Shown: positions 50,701 to 62,395, counted from the first letter of the whole stretch. The stretch: 63,964 nt of DNA, filler included, from Rhabdomonas costata (GCA_019059605.1; 28 parts of 28 records of this genome joined end to end with filler, not necessarily neighbours in it); one strand, 5' to 3'. The notes: generated by a model from the sequence alone, not told the origin. Numbers and translations: made by a program.

Positions 50701-51113
50701 GACGGGAGATGTTGGGACACCGCCTGGTCGAGGTGCTCACCTATTGCTGTTGTGATGAGCAGCGCCACCGTGCGCGTTATGGAGCGACGGCTATTGGCCT
50801 CGTTCAAGCCTGAGGAACTCTGTTTCCGGATGAAAATGTCCTCACTATATTGGTTTTTTATGCCACGTTCAACCCACGGAAACTTCCTCACACACTTCGA
50901 GCCAGCTTCTCACCGAGGCAATGGTAGCCACAAGCTACAAGCTACAAGACACTCTCCACTCCAAGGTCAATTTTCACTTGTACCACCCCACCACACCCAC
51001 ACAGCAACAAACAGGAGCTCCCAGTCGCAGCCACACCACGCAAACGCAGCAGCAAGTGTCCAGGTAGTAAACCATCGCACATCCCACCGCCAACCACAAG
51101 CAAGCATACCACC

Positions 51114-51155
51114 AAGCCCAGTACCTGCCTTGTTAAGCCCAGTACCTGCCTTGTT
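51114..51155. repeat. 21-bp tandem duplication
   Basis: AAGCCCAGTACCTGCCTTGTT x2. Confidence 0.9.
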
Positions 51156-53021
51156 GCAGCCCCTTTTTCTGCTTGCATTGTGCTCCGTGAGAGCGGCTTC
51201 ATCCAATTGGCGACGGTGTGGGGATTTTATCCCGATTCCTTGCTGAGGATTGGATCGAGCAGCGGTCCGAATCCCTCGGTCTTGGTTTCCGGATTTTCGG
51301 GCGGAGCAGCCATCCTGGTAACCGCAAGTACGACACCAAGCGCCAAGTCACGCCAACACACGCCACTGGCCCAAACACCATGCCTCGGTCCAACCGGTAA
51401 GCCTCAGTCCCAAACTTCGATCCGCTCACAACACCGCGATCCGTAGCACCAGGGTCCCACACACTTTCGGGGGTTGCAGCAAGAAGGCAAGAAGGATTGC
51501 CAACTTACTAAAACGAAAGCAAAAGCAATGCACAACAGTGCGACAACCTGCAAGGAAGATATACGGTTCGGCTTTGGTTTTGCAAGCAACCGTACACGGA
51601 AGCGAGGGGGGACACTACACCGCACCGCGCCACACTCCACCACACCACACCACCACACCACTCCACCATACCCCCATGCCCACATCACGCTACACTTCAA
51701 CACATGCGCTGGGCTGAATACCACCAATTCACACATGTAAAATTGAAATCGAATATGCGAAAACAGGAAGTCCATATGTTCGCGGGAGGCTATTTGGAAG
51801 TGCAAATGTCGACGCAGACAGGGCAGGAGAGACCGCAATGCCCTCGATGCGAAACTGAAACGCAGCAAGCAATAACGCAAAGGAGACCTGTACACCACGC
51901 AAAGAACAGGTGAAGCCGGAACACACACATACACACGATGGCGCGAGAGTTTCATTCCATCCCAGTTGGGCACACACACAGCCTCCATTCCTCGCACCGC
52001 ACTGGCTCTGACAAGACAAGCTTTGGCCGAACCCGATACTTAAGACGTGACTAACACCCCACAGGTACACGAGGCCAGAACCTGCACATTCTGCACCCGA
52101 GACAATACGCCTTTTTGCCCGAGTCTCAGATCGGAATCCCCATCATTCCCATGCGAGGAAAATGAGTCCTACATAGTTCCACTATCGAAATTGAGACCTT
52201 CGGTAAGAATGAAGCCATTCCCTGTTACGAACCTACCATAAAGACCAAAAGACAACTGCGGGAAAACCAAAGCAAGAAAACAGAAAATACGCAGTCAGAA
52301 AACAGAAAATGAGACCACCATGAACGAAGCCTTTGGAATCAATAATCGCCATGATGCGCACCCAAGACCGAGGTAAACCTTTTTCACCCTTTGCCTTTTG
52401 TTTTTCCCGTTTTACTCCTTTCAACCACTCTACGGGGCTTGGCTTTTTCTCCCACAGGCCGTGGGAGACGCCCAAAGACCTGCAGAAGGTACAGTGGTAG
52501 NNNNNNNNNNNNNNNNNNNNNNNNNNNNNNNNNNNNNNNNNNNNTTAATTAATTAANNNNNNNNNNNNNNNNNNNNNNNNNNNNNNNNNNNNNNNNNNNN
52601 GGGTTTTTGGGTTTTTGAAAAAACGTTGACGCGAAAGGAGATTTGTCCTCCCAGGTGAAGTGACGCGCGGGCAATACGCAGCGTTACGTGCTGTGTGAGT
52701 TGGCAATCATCTTGGCCAACAAGAAATTAGCTGGGGGACATGACTTTCAACTCATCCCATTTTAATGCCGCCCTCCTTAACAGTGATAACCACGGTCTCT
52801 TGATCACAACTATCCGTCCCCCCCCCCCCGCGCCAGGGCAGAGCTGCATAACGCTGAGTGACAGAAGACCGGCCGGTAGTTCCCAGTTTGTGTCTGTAGC
52901 ACTAACGTCGCGGCAGAAACGTTGTCACGGGCGGGCAGCCGATTACACAGTGCCGGGGAAAAGCAGCTGTTACAGGTAACCCAGCAGAATATGAACACCT
53001 GCGCATTTGAGCGAAAAATAC

Positions 53022-53462
53022 CTGGATGCTAAACTTCCCCTCGAGAGCGGTGATCTGCCGAAGATAGCTCGCGTTCGGGTTGATGAATGGACGGCGCTCC
53101 CGCACCTGCTGCACCGCCTCATGCATGCTCAGCCCGCTGGCCTTCATGAGATAGGCTATCACAATCGCCGCCGAACGGCTCACCCCGCTGCTGCAGTGCA
53201 CGAACACCACCCCGCCATGCGAGAGAGCGTCCTGCATGAACCGCAGCGGGCCCTCGAAGTCGATCTGCTCCGTCATATTGTCCCTCAGGTTGCAGTTGTA
53301 GTACGCAAACCCCCCGGGGAAGAAGTTGGGCTGCTCCGCTGCGGCGTTCACAACATGGGTCACCCGGAGGCGCCGCAGCAGGTCACGGGACTTCGCCCCG
53401 TCGCGGTTGCCCAGGTACAGCCGGCCAGGCAGAATCTGGGAGACCTCCATGGACTTGTCCAT
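53022..53462 (-). CDS. Dual-specificity protein phosphatase (atypical DUSP/MKP-like)
   Basis: MDKSMEVSQILPGRLYLGN...VTHVVNAA...LRDN...VFVHCSSGVSRSAAIVIAYLM...INPNASYLRQI contains the full HCxxGxSRS active site and AYLM motif. Probable donor CAG|GTATTT at 53021; the unspliced frame stops at 52902. Confidence 0.95.
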
Positions 53463-54092
53463 TTTGGGGGAGTTGGGGCAAGAAGTGATAAGGAGAAGGC
53501 AGGAAAAGAGAGGAGAGGAGGGCGGGATACAAGGAGCGGCGGGCCACCGAAGTCGGACAGATATCAAACAAAGAGAGAGAGAGAGCGGTGCTAAAAAGTG
53601 AGAAGACGTTCACAACGGGACCTCGCAAAACTGTTCACAGACAAATCAACACCAACTCTGAACTGGGGGCTTCCGTACCAATAGAGGCCAATAGGGGAAT
53701 CGAACCTCCGAGAGAACCCACCACCACACAAACAGCCAGGGTTCGCCACGCCTTCGCATGCCTGTTGGTACAGTGCACCGCTACACCCTTAATGGAAAAA
53801 AGCTACATAACGCCTCTGAGTCACAGCCTCATATAGGGCCGCTGCAGGGCCAATACAGTGGGGGTCTCTCCAATACCCCAATCTAGCCCAACACCCGCGC
53901 CATTGTACTGCCCACCCAAAACCTGGGCCTTGAACGGTTCCGGGTATAGAGGTTCCCTGGTATATTGTGGTCCACCCGGCCCATACGCTGGGTGCAAGAG
54001 GAAGCTGCAAATGCTTGCATTTCCGCATCTCCGATTCTATTGATTCGATATCCAGAGATGTAACGCTGGGAAACAAAAACGGCGCAGGCATC

Positions 54093-54389
54093 TCAGCTCC
54101 GATCCCAAGCAAGCCGCACGCTCGGAGCCGCACTTTGCCCACCTGTGAGATCACTGAGGGTCTCTGGGAGGCGGAGCCCAATCTTCCACTGAGGGGCGAG
54201 ACTCTCATCTAGAAGGCTTCGAAACTGCTTGCAAACCAGCCGCAGCTGCGGCTTATGCCCCAGAAAGCTGCAAACCAATATATCCTCGCAAAGGGAGGAC
54301 ATCAGTTCTGAGGAGGAGGAGGAGGGCTGAGCGGAGAAAGTCTGGAAGAAGAGGCCAGCTGCTAACTCGGGTGAATCGGAACTCAGCAT
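54093..54389 (-). CDS. Possible F-box-like small ORF or exon
   Basis: LMSSLCEDILVCSFLGHKPQLRLVCKQFRSLL resembles F-box L..LP.DIL..I.SFL.....LRLVCK.FR.L. Confidence 0.4.
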   Translation of the reverse strand: MLSSDSPELAAGLFFQTFSAQPSSSSSELMSSLCEDILVCSFLGHKPQLRLVCKQFRSLLDESLAPQWKIGLRLPETLSDLTGGQSAAPSVRLAWDRS

Positions 54390-54747
54390 TGCTCAAAGTC
54401 AACTTGCTCATTGCCGCTGACCGCCGTCAGTGCTCCGCAGCATCTCCACAGCAGCAACTGTTGAGGGTGGAACCAAACGCAGTTGTCGCCATGACCGCAA
54501 CGCGGTACTACTGCGGCTGAGGCATTGCAGGCTGTTTTGCGGTGTCGCTCCGCTCCTCACACCCCGAGGTAGTATTGCACTCTAGAGCGAACCTGCCGAG
54601 GAGGACTGCACAAACCCCAACAATGCTCTCCTCGCTGCGCTGGTCCACACCTCTGCCCAATTTCTCTTTTGTCACCTGTTGCTGCAATGTGCAGTGTTGT
54701 TTCACTGAAGAAGTCCCCTTCGTTCTCCTGTCCTCGCGCCCACTTCT

Positions 54748-54748
<1 letters not shown>

Positions 54749-54791
<43 letters not shown>
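54749..54791. repeat. (GT)21 microsatellite
   Basis: Read directly; shorter (GT)n tracts occur at 15253-15280 and ~18468-18488. Confidence 0.95.
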
Positions 54792-54794
<3 letters not shown>

Positions 54795-55048
54795 AATACC
54801 GAAAGCAATCACAGACACCCCACCACNNNNNNNNNNNNNNNNNNNNNNNNNNNNNNNNNNNNNNNNNNNNTTAATTAATTAANNNNNNNNNNNNNNNNNN
54901 NNNNNNNNNNNNNNNNNNNNNNNNNNGGTTTGGGCAAAGAACAAAGATTAGACTTGTCCACGGGCACAAAGGAAGGAGGAAAGGCCCCCCACGCAGAACT
55001 TTCGCCCTTCCCGGGGTTTCTCTTCCGGGGCCGTGTGTTCTTTTCTTC

Positions 55049-56658
55049 TCACATTATTTTGTGCCGCATGTCCTGCAGACGCTTGCAGACATCCTCGGGC
55101 TGGCGGTCCAGCTCCTCCGCGATCTGCTTTTGCTCTGATGAGATTCCAAAATAAAAACAGAGTGGTGTGAGTTTGTGAACGGATAGGAGGGAGTGTTCCG
55201 AGGTGCTGGTCCTCCCCCTCCTTGTGCTTGTGCTCTCCTTGTCGAGCGCTTCTGTGCAAACACAACTCGTAGCATAAAGACGCGTCCCTCGGGCACGATT
55301 GTTTTTGTTTCGGGGGAGGGGTGTGTGCTAAAAGCGTAAAAGGGTTATGTCCTTTCAATGTCTCATATAAAAAACGTCATCCACAGCACAGTTTGTCCGA
55401 TCCCTAATTATTCAGGGGATGCTTCTAGGGGGCCGCCTCGACCGCAGATATCGTCCCTAAAGGAAATTTGTTACACTACAATGTGCAAAAGCTCTGACGG
55501 TGTTGACAACTTAACAAAACGTTAAAAAAACTGCTCTATTGCCCAACTCCAATTATCAATGAGCGTTAGAAGGATGTGACTTGAACTTCGGGCAAAGCCT
55601 ACACCCCAAAGCCCACAACTACCACTGCCGAAGCCGGACGCAGAACCGGAGAGAACAGAAAGAAAGCAGCGCGCACTGGAAAGTGGCAGAGCGTTGAACA
55701 GCTCACAGAAGTCGCCGTCAACCACGTCCTGTGAAAGCAATAAAAGAAATAAGACAGAAAGATCAACTGTAATGTGAAATGTGGAAACATGAAGAGTGAA
55801 GGTCGGGCTTGAGCAGAAACGAAGCATCCCTGCAAACCATCAAAACGAAGCGTCCCTGAAACCTCCCCTGGCAGTAGCGTTGCCGGCTCGCAATCTCTTA
55901 GGCTCGCACCCTCTCATCCTGAGGATTTTTTTTTTCATATTTCCATTACTTCGCCGGGAGCGAAGCTCTTAAGTCGACGGAAGGGTCGGCGCGGCTGATG
56001 TAGAGACAGAGGCACAGAAAGGGATCAAGGCGAGGATTGGAATACCGTGACTGGCAATTTCGAGTATGAGGGGAGGGAATGGGCACAAAAACCTTGCAGG
56101 GGAAGTAGCTGCAGCGGTACGCCAAGTGGTCCCGCCCACACAGCGGGGGGTTCTCCTGGCGCATGTGCATCTCCAGCAGCTGGAAGAAGTCGGAGTCATC
56201 TCGGGTTTGCAGGGGGATAAGACATCCCACGGAGCCCATGATCGTGGTGTACAGCAGGACCTGCACCGGTACCAAACGGGAACCGTGGCGGCAACAGCAG
56301 GCGAGCCTCTTCGGATGCATCCAGGATTGGGTTCAGCGCAAGTGGTGAAAGTCTTAAGCGACATGCCTGACGAAGAAGTGACAGAGCACCAGACAGTACT
56401 GCATGCACTTTTCTTACCGCTCACAGCCGCGCGAGAAACATAACAAGAAATATTGCAAGGCAAATTGTTAAAGTGCTCGTTCAACAAACTGAAAGTATTG
56501 CCGGATTCATCGCTGGTGGAAAGATGGATCGCCATGATTGTAGAAGACGCAAACCCCCCAGAGCCGTCCAGAATCACCTCCATCCCTCCTGGGGTCAGCT
56601 CTGTCTTCTGCAGGCTGGTCACCATATCCCCAACGTGGAACCGCACAATCTCGTCCGC
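55049..56658 (-). CDS. SF3B3: Splicing factor 3B subunit 3 (SAP130/Rse1), last four exons (5'-partial)
   Basis: Exons 56578-56658, 56093-56260, 55677-55728 and 55049-55134 (all GT-AG, in frame) give FHVGDMVTSLQKTELTPGGME|VLLYTTIMGSVG...FFQLLEMHMRQENPPLCGRDHLAYRCSYFPCK|DVVDGDFCELFNALPLS|KQKQIAEELDRQPEDVCKRLQDMR, the conserved SF3B3 C-terminus. Confidence 0.97.
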
Positions 56659-59013
56659 CTGTGTACAAATAAAATGAGGGAAATAGAGTTGTACTTCAAG
56701 CAGCCCAGCCCCCTCTCCTGGATCACGACGCCAGAAAAAGCACCTCCCTGCGGCTTTTCCTTGGTTGACAGCTCAACCAAGGAAAAGAGAAAGCCCCCTA
56801 AGTAGTCAGGGTAGCAAGCCATCCGTAGTGAAAAGCCACAGTAAAGCATAATTCGGTTTTCTGCTTTATTCAGGGAAAGCCAAGGGAAAAAACTAAATTA
56901 TCAAAAAAAAAAGGGGGGGGGGACACAAAATGGTCCCTTAACACAGGACGCACACACATTCAAATGATCACCGAATTAGACTTCATTGCACTGCCGGGCC
57001 ACGACCCGCTCGTACCGTTGCGGCGCGAAGGAGCAAAGCGTTCTTTTCGGAAAACGAAAACAGGAAAGTAAGAAGCACGATGGCGGTGGAAAGAACACGC
57101 CACCCCCCACCNNNNNNNNNNNNNNNNNNNNNNNNNNNNNNNNNNNNNNNNNNNNTTAATTAATTAANNNNNNNNNNNNNNNNNNNNNNNNNNNNNNNNN
57201 NNNNNNNNNNNTGTTGGGGTTCGGTTATCGCGATCCACCTCGAGCCACCCCCACCCGAAGGCTCGAACCCCGTACGTGGGTAGGTTCGTAGAGCTTCGAG
57301 TCCCCCAGCTTGCGAGGCTCCCCTACTTTCCTTCTTCATTCCCGTTCACTGTACTTTAATTCTCTGCGGACCCCCACTGTCGAGTGTCAAAATTTGAAGA
57401 AAAATCAGAAAAACATCAATGTAGACCTGCCAGGGGTAAAACGACCCGCGGCAGCGGGTCCCTCTCTGCAAAGGCTGTCTGGCTTCCGCAACAGCCGCAA
57501 GCGTGTCCAGCGGAAGCGTTCTTTAGGTTTTTGAAGCAAAGCCCCTTTAAAAACGTTTTCAAAAAACCAACAAATCGAAACAACAATTCCAATGTGCTCC
57601 ACCCAAGTTTAAAAACACAAAGGCAGCTGAAAGATTGGTCAGACCCCACCACCACCATCTTGCAGGACTTTTGGTTACCTCGAAAAAGAGCATGAAAAAT
57701 ACACATTTCAAATTTATCTCTCATATGCGGTATGTTAAGAACAATACATGGGAGTCTGACAGCAGGCAAGCCCGGCGAACACACGGCGAAAAAACGAGCC
57801 TACCGCCACCAGTCTCACCACCACAAAACACGAAACGACTCACATGTCCCCCGTCCCTTTCGAATAACCACCCCATGTTATCGCAGGAAGAGGCACAGAG
57901 GCACGTGAGTTGAAAGTTCATAGATGCGAACAATTACGTTTTGGTGCTCGCGTAGGGGACCGTTCACTGAAAATTGTCAAGGCAGCTTCATATGCAGCTA
58001 CATACGGAGCTAATACCTAAATATACCTTGCAAGTTATTGAGAAACAACGCAAGAGAACCTGAGTCCGATATTCTGTGAACGTCGGCAATGGCGAATTCG
58101 GAGCCCCGGCCGTCGGGTCTTCGCGAAATTCTGAGCAAGATCCACCACTGCATGCCCCCACTTTCGGATTCTCCTCCAAGCTCCTTGTTCTCTCCAAAGC
58201 AGACAAATGCCACAGTGATGACAAACAGAACCCGAAACATTTTGTGAGCTTGACTTCCCACAGATGGGTGGCTGTGTAGAAAAGCCACAGCACGCGAAAA
58301 CACCACTGGTCGTTAACGCTGCTTGCCCGTTTGGAGGTCAAGCGGGTTTCTGACCAAACGATCCAACCTCATGAGGGGCAACCATGTACATTTGAAAAAA
58401 TTGCAAGTTTTTTTTTTTTGCGAAGAATATGTATAGAAGGCATGCAAAAACGTTTTGTAAAAAACCGCCGCACCGGTTGCAATACAAGACCCCGCAAAAA
58501 AAAGAAAATGCAAATACCCCATCATCCGAACGAAATTTTGGCAAAGGCACAGTTCAAGCCCATCCACTATTGCATACGGGCCACGGCAGGAAGGCAGGAA
58601 GGAGGCAGGTTATGTGGCGGGGCGGAGGGGGCCGCGGGCAACATCCATATGAAATCGGTCATTTTCCGACGTGAAAATGGGTCCCCTTGGAACCAGCAGA
58701 CAGGAAATGGGATGTGGAAGAACTGGGCGGATATTATAGAAGTTATGATGTGGTCCAGACCTGAAGCCAGTATGAAACGCCAATGTTTGATGAAATGCGT
58801 AGGTCTTAACCTGAACGGCGAAGCGTTACATTACCAGGATAATACCATCCCTCAATCCAAGATGAAAACGGGGCAACGGCTCACTGAAACCAGCAAAGAA
58901 GAACGTGCAAAAACATGCACGATAAAAGTAAATGCAAAAAGCGTTGCAGCGTTTGTGAAATCCCTGGCGAGTACGGGTTTACATTCACAAAACAATTGAA
59001 GAGGAAGACTCGG

Positions 59014-59221
59014 TCACTCAAACGGAACGATTTTGTCCACAATAGCAGCGCGACACAATGGACAGGCCTGCAGCTTGTCCGAGCATCCTCGGCAAGCGGT
59101 TTTGTGCCGGCAGGGCATGAAAATAACCTCCTTTGTTCTGCTTTGGCAAATGTCACACAGTGCACGCTCCGAACGGAGCCTTTCGACAGTGCACAACAGT
59201 TCTTTCAGCGACTCGTAAAAC
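59014..59221 (-). CDS. C3HC4 RING-finger (IAP/MGRN1-type) protein, terminal exon
   Basis: After TTTTTAG: ...CDICQSRTKEVIFMPCRHKTACRGCSDKLQACPLCRAAI...* with all eight Zn ligands present. Confidence 0.9.
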
Positions 59222-59277
59222 CTAAAAAGCGCAATGAAAATAACAGGAATGAAGTGCCGCATCCCACTCAATGCCAA

Positions 59278-59395
59278 AACAAAGGAGGTTATTTTCATGC
59301 CCTGCCGACACAATGGACAGGCCTGCAGCTTGTCCGAGCATCCTCGGCAAGCGGTTTTGTGCCGGCAGGGCATGAAAATAACCTCCTTTGTTCTG
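59278..59395. repeat. Exact 90-bp copy plus 30-bp inverted copy of the RING exon at the contig end
   Basis: 59306-59395 is identical to 59051-59140; 59278-59307 is the reverse complement of 59363-59392. Confidence 0.92.
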
Positions 59396-59544
59396 NNNNN
59401 NNNNNNNNNNNNNNNNNNNNNNNNNNNNNNNNNNNNNNNTTAATTAATTAANNNNNNNNNNNNNNNNNNNNNNNNNNNNNNNNNNNNNNNNNNNNGGATG
59501 CGGCTCAAGGTGAAGAGCAACAGCAGGAGCAGCAAGGTGAACAG

Positions 59545-61455
59545 ATGTCGGAGACGTCAGTACCCCCTGCAGAGGAGAACAGGTCAGGTTGCGAAGTGCA
59601 GATGGGGTCAAGTTCGTCACCCGAAATAGGAGTTTCAGCTCAAGTTAGCGTGTGGGGACAGAGGGAAGACAGAGAAGAAGAGGCAGACCCTGAGACTCGC
59701 AGAGGTAGGAAGCTGGCTGAGGAGTCAGCGAAGCGAGCCAGACCAGATTCGGCGGCCGTCTCAGTGCAACCGTCGAAGAGAGTGGAGAGATTGGAGATAC
59801 CGCGATATTCTTTTCGTATGCCAGGGGTGGAGCTGATGAGGCCAGCGGCAGAAAGGAACATGGTAGTCTTACCAGAAGAAGATTACCATGACGGGTTGAA
59901 GGGGAGAGCGATGGATTTCTCGCGAGCAGAAGGACTGGAAAAAGAGAAGCGCAAGCTGCGTATGAAGTTGAGAGTAGTGCGGGAGTTCTACAAGGGGTAT
60001 GCAGCAAGAATCAACTTTAAAGAACTGGAAGGGAATGACCCCGCCACGTTCTTCCCATTTCCGTACCCCGTAGTTGTGCCCACAGAAGAGGAGGCGCGGA
60101 ACCACGTTCGTATCGCAAATCAGCCAACAGTGTTGGCATCAGAAGAGAGAGAGGTGATGATTGATGTTGATGCAAATGGAGATGACGAGACAGAGGGGAC
60201 GGCCACGTCGTATAGGAGTGTGTTGGATGAAGATTATCAGTCAGTGCCAAGGTCGAGACACGATAAGAGGCGTGAGAAACAGGAGGAGGACATGGTGAGG
60301 TGGTTTTGTAAATATCCTGTGTTGGACAACCCCGCAAAGATTATGGTCGTAGATATGGAGTACTTTGAATATTCTTCGGAAGTGGTCGAGTCGCACCCCC
60401 CGCATGATCCGGATACGGTTTATACAACATCAGACGGAGTGCATTACACCAGCAGCACGTTGGAGCATTTGTACAACCATTGGTGGGAGGGAGGAGAGTT
60501 TGAGACATACTTTCGGGATAACACGCGTTTGTTCCAGGATAGGCATTTTTTTGACTTCGAGACTTTCGTATCGCTTGCCGAATTTCACATGAGGGGTCGT
60601 AAGCCGAGATGGACGGTGAAGCTTCCCCGAGAGTTGTCGTGGGCTTTTCGTACGGTGGACGGGGAAAAGATCTTTTGTGCAACGTACGACGTTATCCCTT
60701 TGGTTCCAGCTAGTGATTTCTTTGACAGGAAGAACAATTTTTGCAATGAAGTTGATCGGGCGTGTTGGGCTTTCTGCGAGAAGTTCGTACACCACTTGAA
60801 GTATAACCCGGGGAGGTCAGGTTTGACATTCGTAAAGGCCGTCATCCGACTAGAGAGGGCGGTACTTGCATTCAAGCCGGAAAAGATAATGGTGAAAGGA
60901 ACGCAGAATGAGGCAGAACTGTTGAGTAAGTTTTTTGAGATGGCAGGTGGAACTATAGGGATCCCGCCGATCGTAGCGTGTCCGAGAGTTAGGGTGAAGC
61001 AACCAGGGGCATTGTCGCCAGAAGTTCAAACAAAGGTGTTGGCACCATTGGCGTTCGCAGTGTCGAAGTTGTGTCCGAGGCACAGGTCGCAGCATGTGAG
61101 GAATTTGAAGCCGAATGAGCCGGAAAAGGTGGACCATTGTAGTTTGGTGGAATGTTTGTATTATTCTATTTATGCGTTGCCATCGGCAAGGGTTGGGGAG
61201 TTTGCAAACGGGAAATACCCGAGGATCGTACGGTTCCTGTTTCAAGAGGATCAAGATTGGGAACAGAGGTTTAAGTTGCTGCCAGGTGAGGATATTTTGT
61301 GGGACCAGAAGGGGGATCCACATGACCAGGTATGGAGTCAGCGACCGGCGCAGGTGAAGGCCCGAGAGGAAATGAAGCGTAAGGAGGAAGAAAAGCAGGC
61401 TAAGGCAAGCGTTTCAGGAGTGGCAAGTGCGAGTTCTAGTGGGGCAACGAAGTGA
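59545..61455 (+). CDS. Intronless 636-aa protein (frame open to contig start) with a DEDD-superfamily nuclease fold and a Maelstrom/arenavirus-NP-type zinc site
   Basis: Longest ORF in the window. Motifs in order: IMVVDMEYF (D-x-E, 60352-60360), LPRELS, FVHHLKY, IMVKGTQNE, CPRV, LCPRH (61072-61083), HCSLVEC (61135-61155). The N-terminal ~250 aa are charged and low-complexity. The frame is also open 59497-59544. The ORF itself is near-certain; the family call is by motif only. Confidence 0.75.
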   Translation: MSETSVPPAEENRSGCEVQMGSSSSPEIGVSAQVSVWGQREDREEEADPETRRGRKLAEESAKRARPDSAAVSVQPSKRVERLEIPRYSFRMPGVELMRPAAERNMVVLPEEDYHDGLKGRAMDFSRAEGLEKEKRKLRMKLRVVREFYKGYAARINFKELEGNDPATFFPFPYPVVVPTEEEARNHVRIANQPTVLASEEREVMIDVDANGDDETEGTATSYRSVLDEDYQSVPRSRHDKRREKQEEDMVRWFCKYPVLDNPAKIMVVDMEYFEYSSEVVESHPPHDPDTVYTTSDGVHYTSSTLEHLYNHWWEGGEFETYFRDNTRLFQDRHFFDFETFVSLAEFHMRGRKPRWTVKLPRELSWAFRTVDGEKIFCATYDVIPLVPASDFFDRKNNFCNEVDRACWAFCEKFVHHLKYNPGRSGLTFVKAVIRLERAVLAFKPEKIMVKGTQNEAELLSKFFEMAGGTIGIPPIVACPRVRVKQPGALSPEVQTKVLAPLAFAVSKLCPRHRSQHVRNLKPNEPEKVDHCSLVECLYYSIYALPSARVGEFANGKYPRIVRFLFQEDQDWEQRFKLLPGEDILWDQKGDPHDQVWSQRPAQVKAREEMKRKEEEKQAKASVSGVASASSSGATK

Positions 61456-62395
61456 GGCGAGTGGGCAGTGGAGTGGTTGGGATTCGTATCGCAGGAGGCA
61501 TGAGGATGTTGGATCAGTTGTGTGCGAAAAGTGGAAGGTGTCGTAATTGTAACTTTTGCATTGCCTTGTGTTGCTGTTGCTGTACTGAGCTTTCCAGTTC
61601 AGGTGAGCTCTCGTCCGAAGCAAGGCAAGGAACGTTCGCAGAGAAGATCAGAGTAGAGAGCAGAGAGGATTTCTCTCTGTNNNNNNNNNNNNNNNNNNNN
61701 NNNNNNNNNNNNNNNNNNNNNNNNTTAATTAATTAANNNNNNNNNNNNNNNNNNNNNNNNNNNNNNNNNNNNNNNNNNNNGAAGGAGTTTCAGTGGAGAT
61801 ACAATCTCCCGGTTGACGCTGACCCCTTTTTGTGCCTGTTGGACGCTGTTCGGAATGGTCATTTTCCTTTTTGAATCTTCTTCCTGTGGTGGGTCCAATA
61901 ATCCAGTTATGCCTTTTCTTTATTTGATCTGGATCTTTTTTCACTCCTACCGTGCCTTAAAAGTGGTTGCTTTCAGTAATTCCTTCCGGTTTTCCATTGA
62001 ACTTCCTTGGGCCGGGATTCCAAAGGTATGCCATTTAAATGCCTTCTATCCTACAGGGAAATTTTAGGGCACATATTCACTGCGTGCGTGAGTGCTAATA
62101 TACAGCCAATTCTGGAACCCGGTTGGGGTGAATTCCAGAGGCAAAGGCTGACAAGTCCGATACGCCCGGGGAGAAAGCTGGCGTGCTGCTGCATAGGGCA
62201 GCAGCTCAACACGAAATCACATAGCGCAGCGAGTGGGGCAGAAAAAGTACCCCGACTGGGTGTGCAAAGACGTTTGAGTGCTGCAGTGCCGATCTCGCGA
62301 GATAAACCAAAAAACAGTTAACGGGGTGTCTGTACATCAGTCCAATAGTTGTCCTATTTCCCAAGTCCAAAGTCACGCGGAGTTTAGCGGCGAGC

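Noticed and set aside
53007-53594. 195-aa + strand ORF and similar long ORFs (e.g. 39651-40040, 56066-56443, 60850-61323)
   Set aside because: They are antisense shadows of real exons on the opposite strand.
53686-53797. tRNA gene or tRNA-derived SINE on the minus strand (GGTGTAGCGGT A-box-like, GGTTCGATTCC B-box-like)
   Set aside because: No acceptor or anticodon stem could be built and the T stem has a mismatch. tRNAscan-SE and a copy-number search would be needed to revive it.
57240-57300. tRNA-like T arm (minus-strand GGGGTTCGAGCC)
   Set aside because: It forms only an isolated hairpin, with no cloverleaf.
58331-58999. 222-aa + strand ORF
   Set aside because: It has no recognisable motif, runs through poly-T and poly-A tracts, and has no clear exon boundaries.
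21473-61455. RdRP, Maelstrom-like nuclease, 2H enzyme and RING protein as a clustered defence locus
   Set aside because: They lie on different contigs that were joined artificially, so there is no evidence of physical linkage.
2187-61780. Regularly spaced identical TTAATTAATTAA units as a CRISPR-like or biological repeat array
   Set aside because: They are always embedded in fixed N runs and encode six-frame stops, so they are an artificial concatenation linker.
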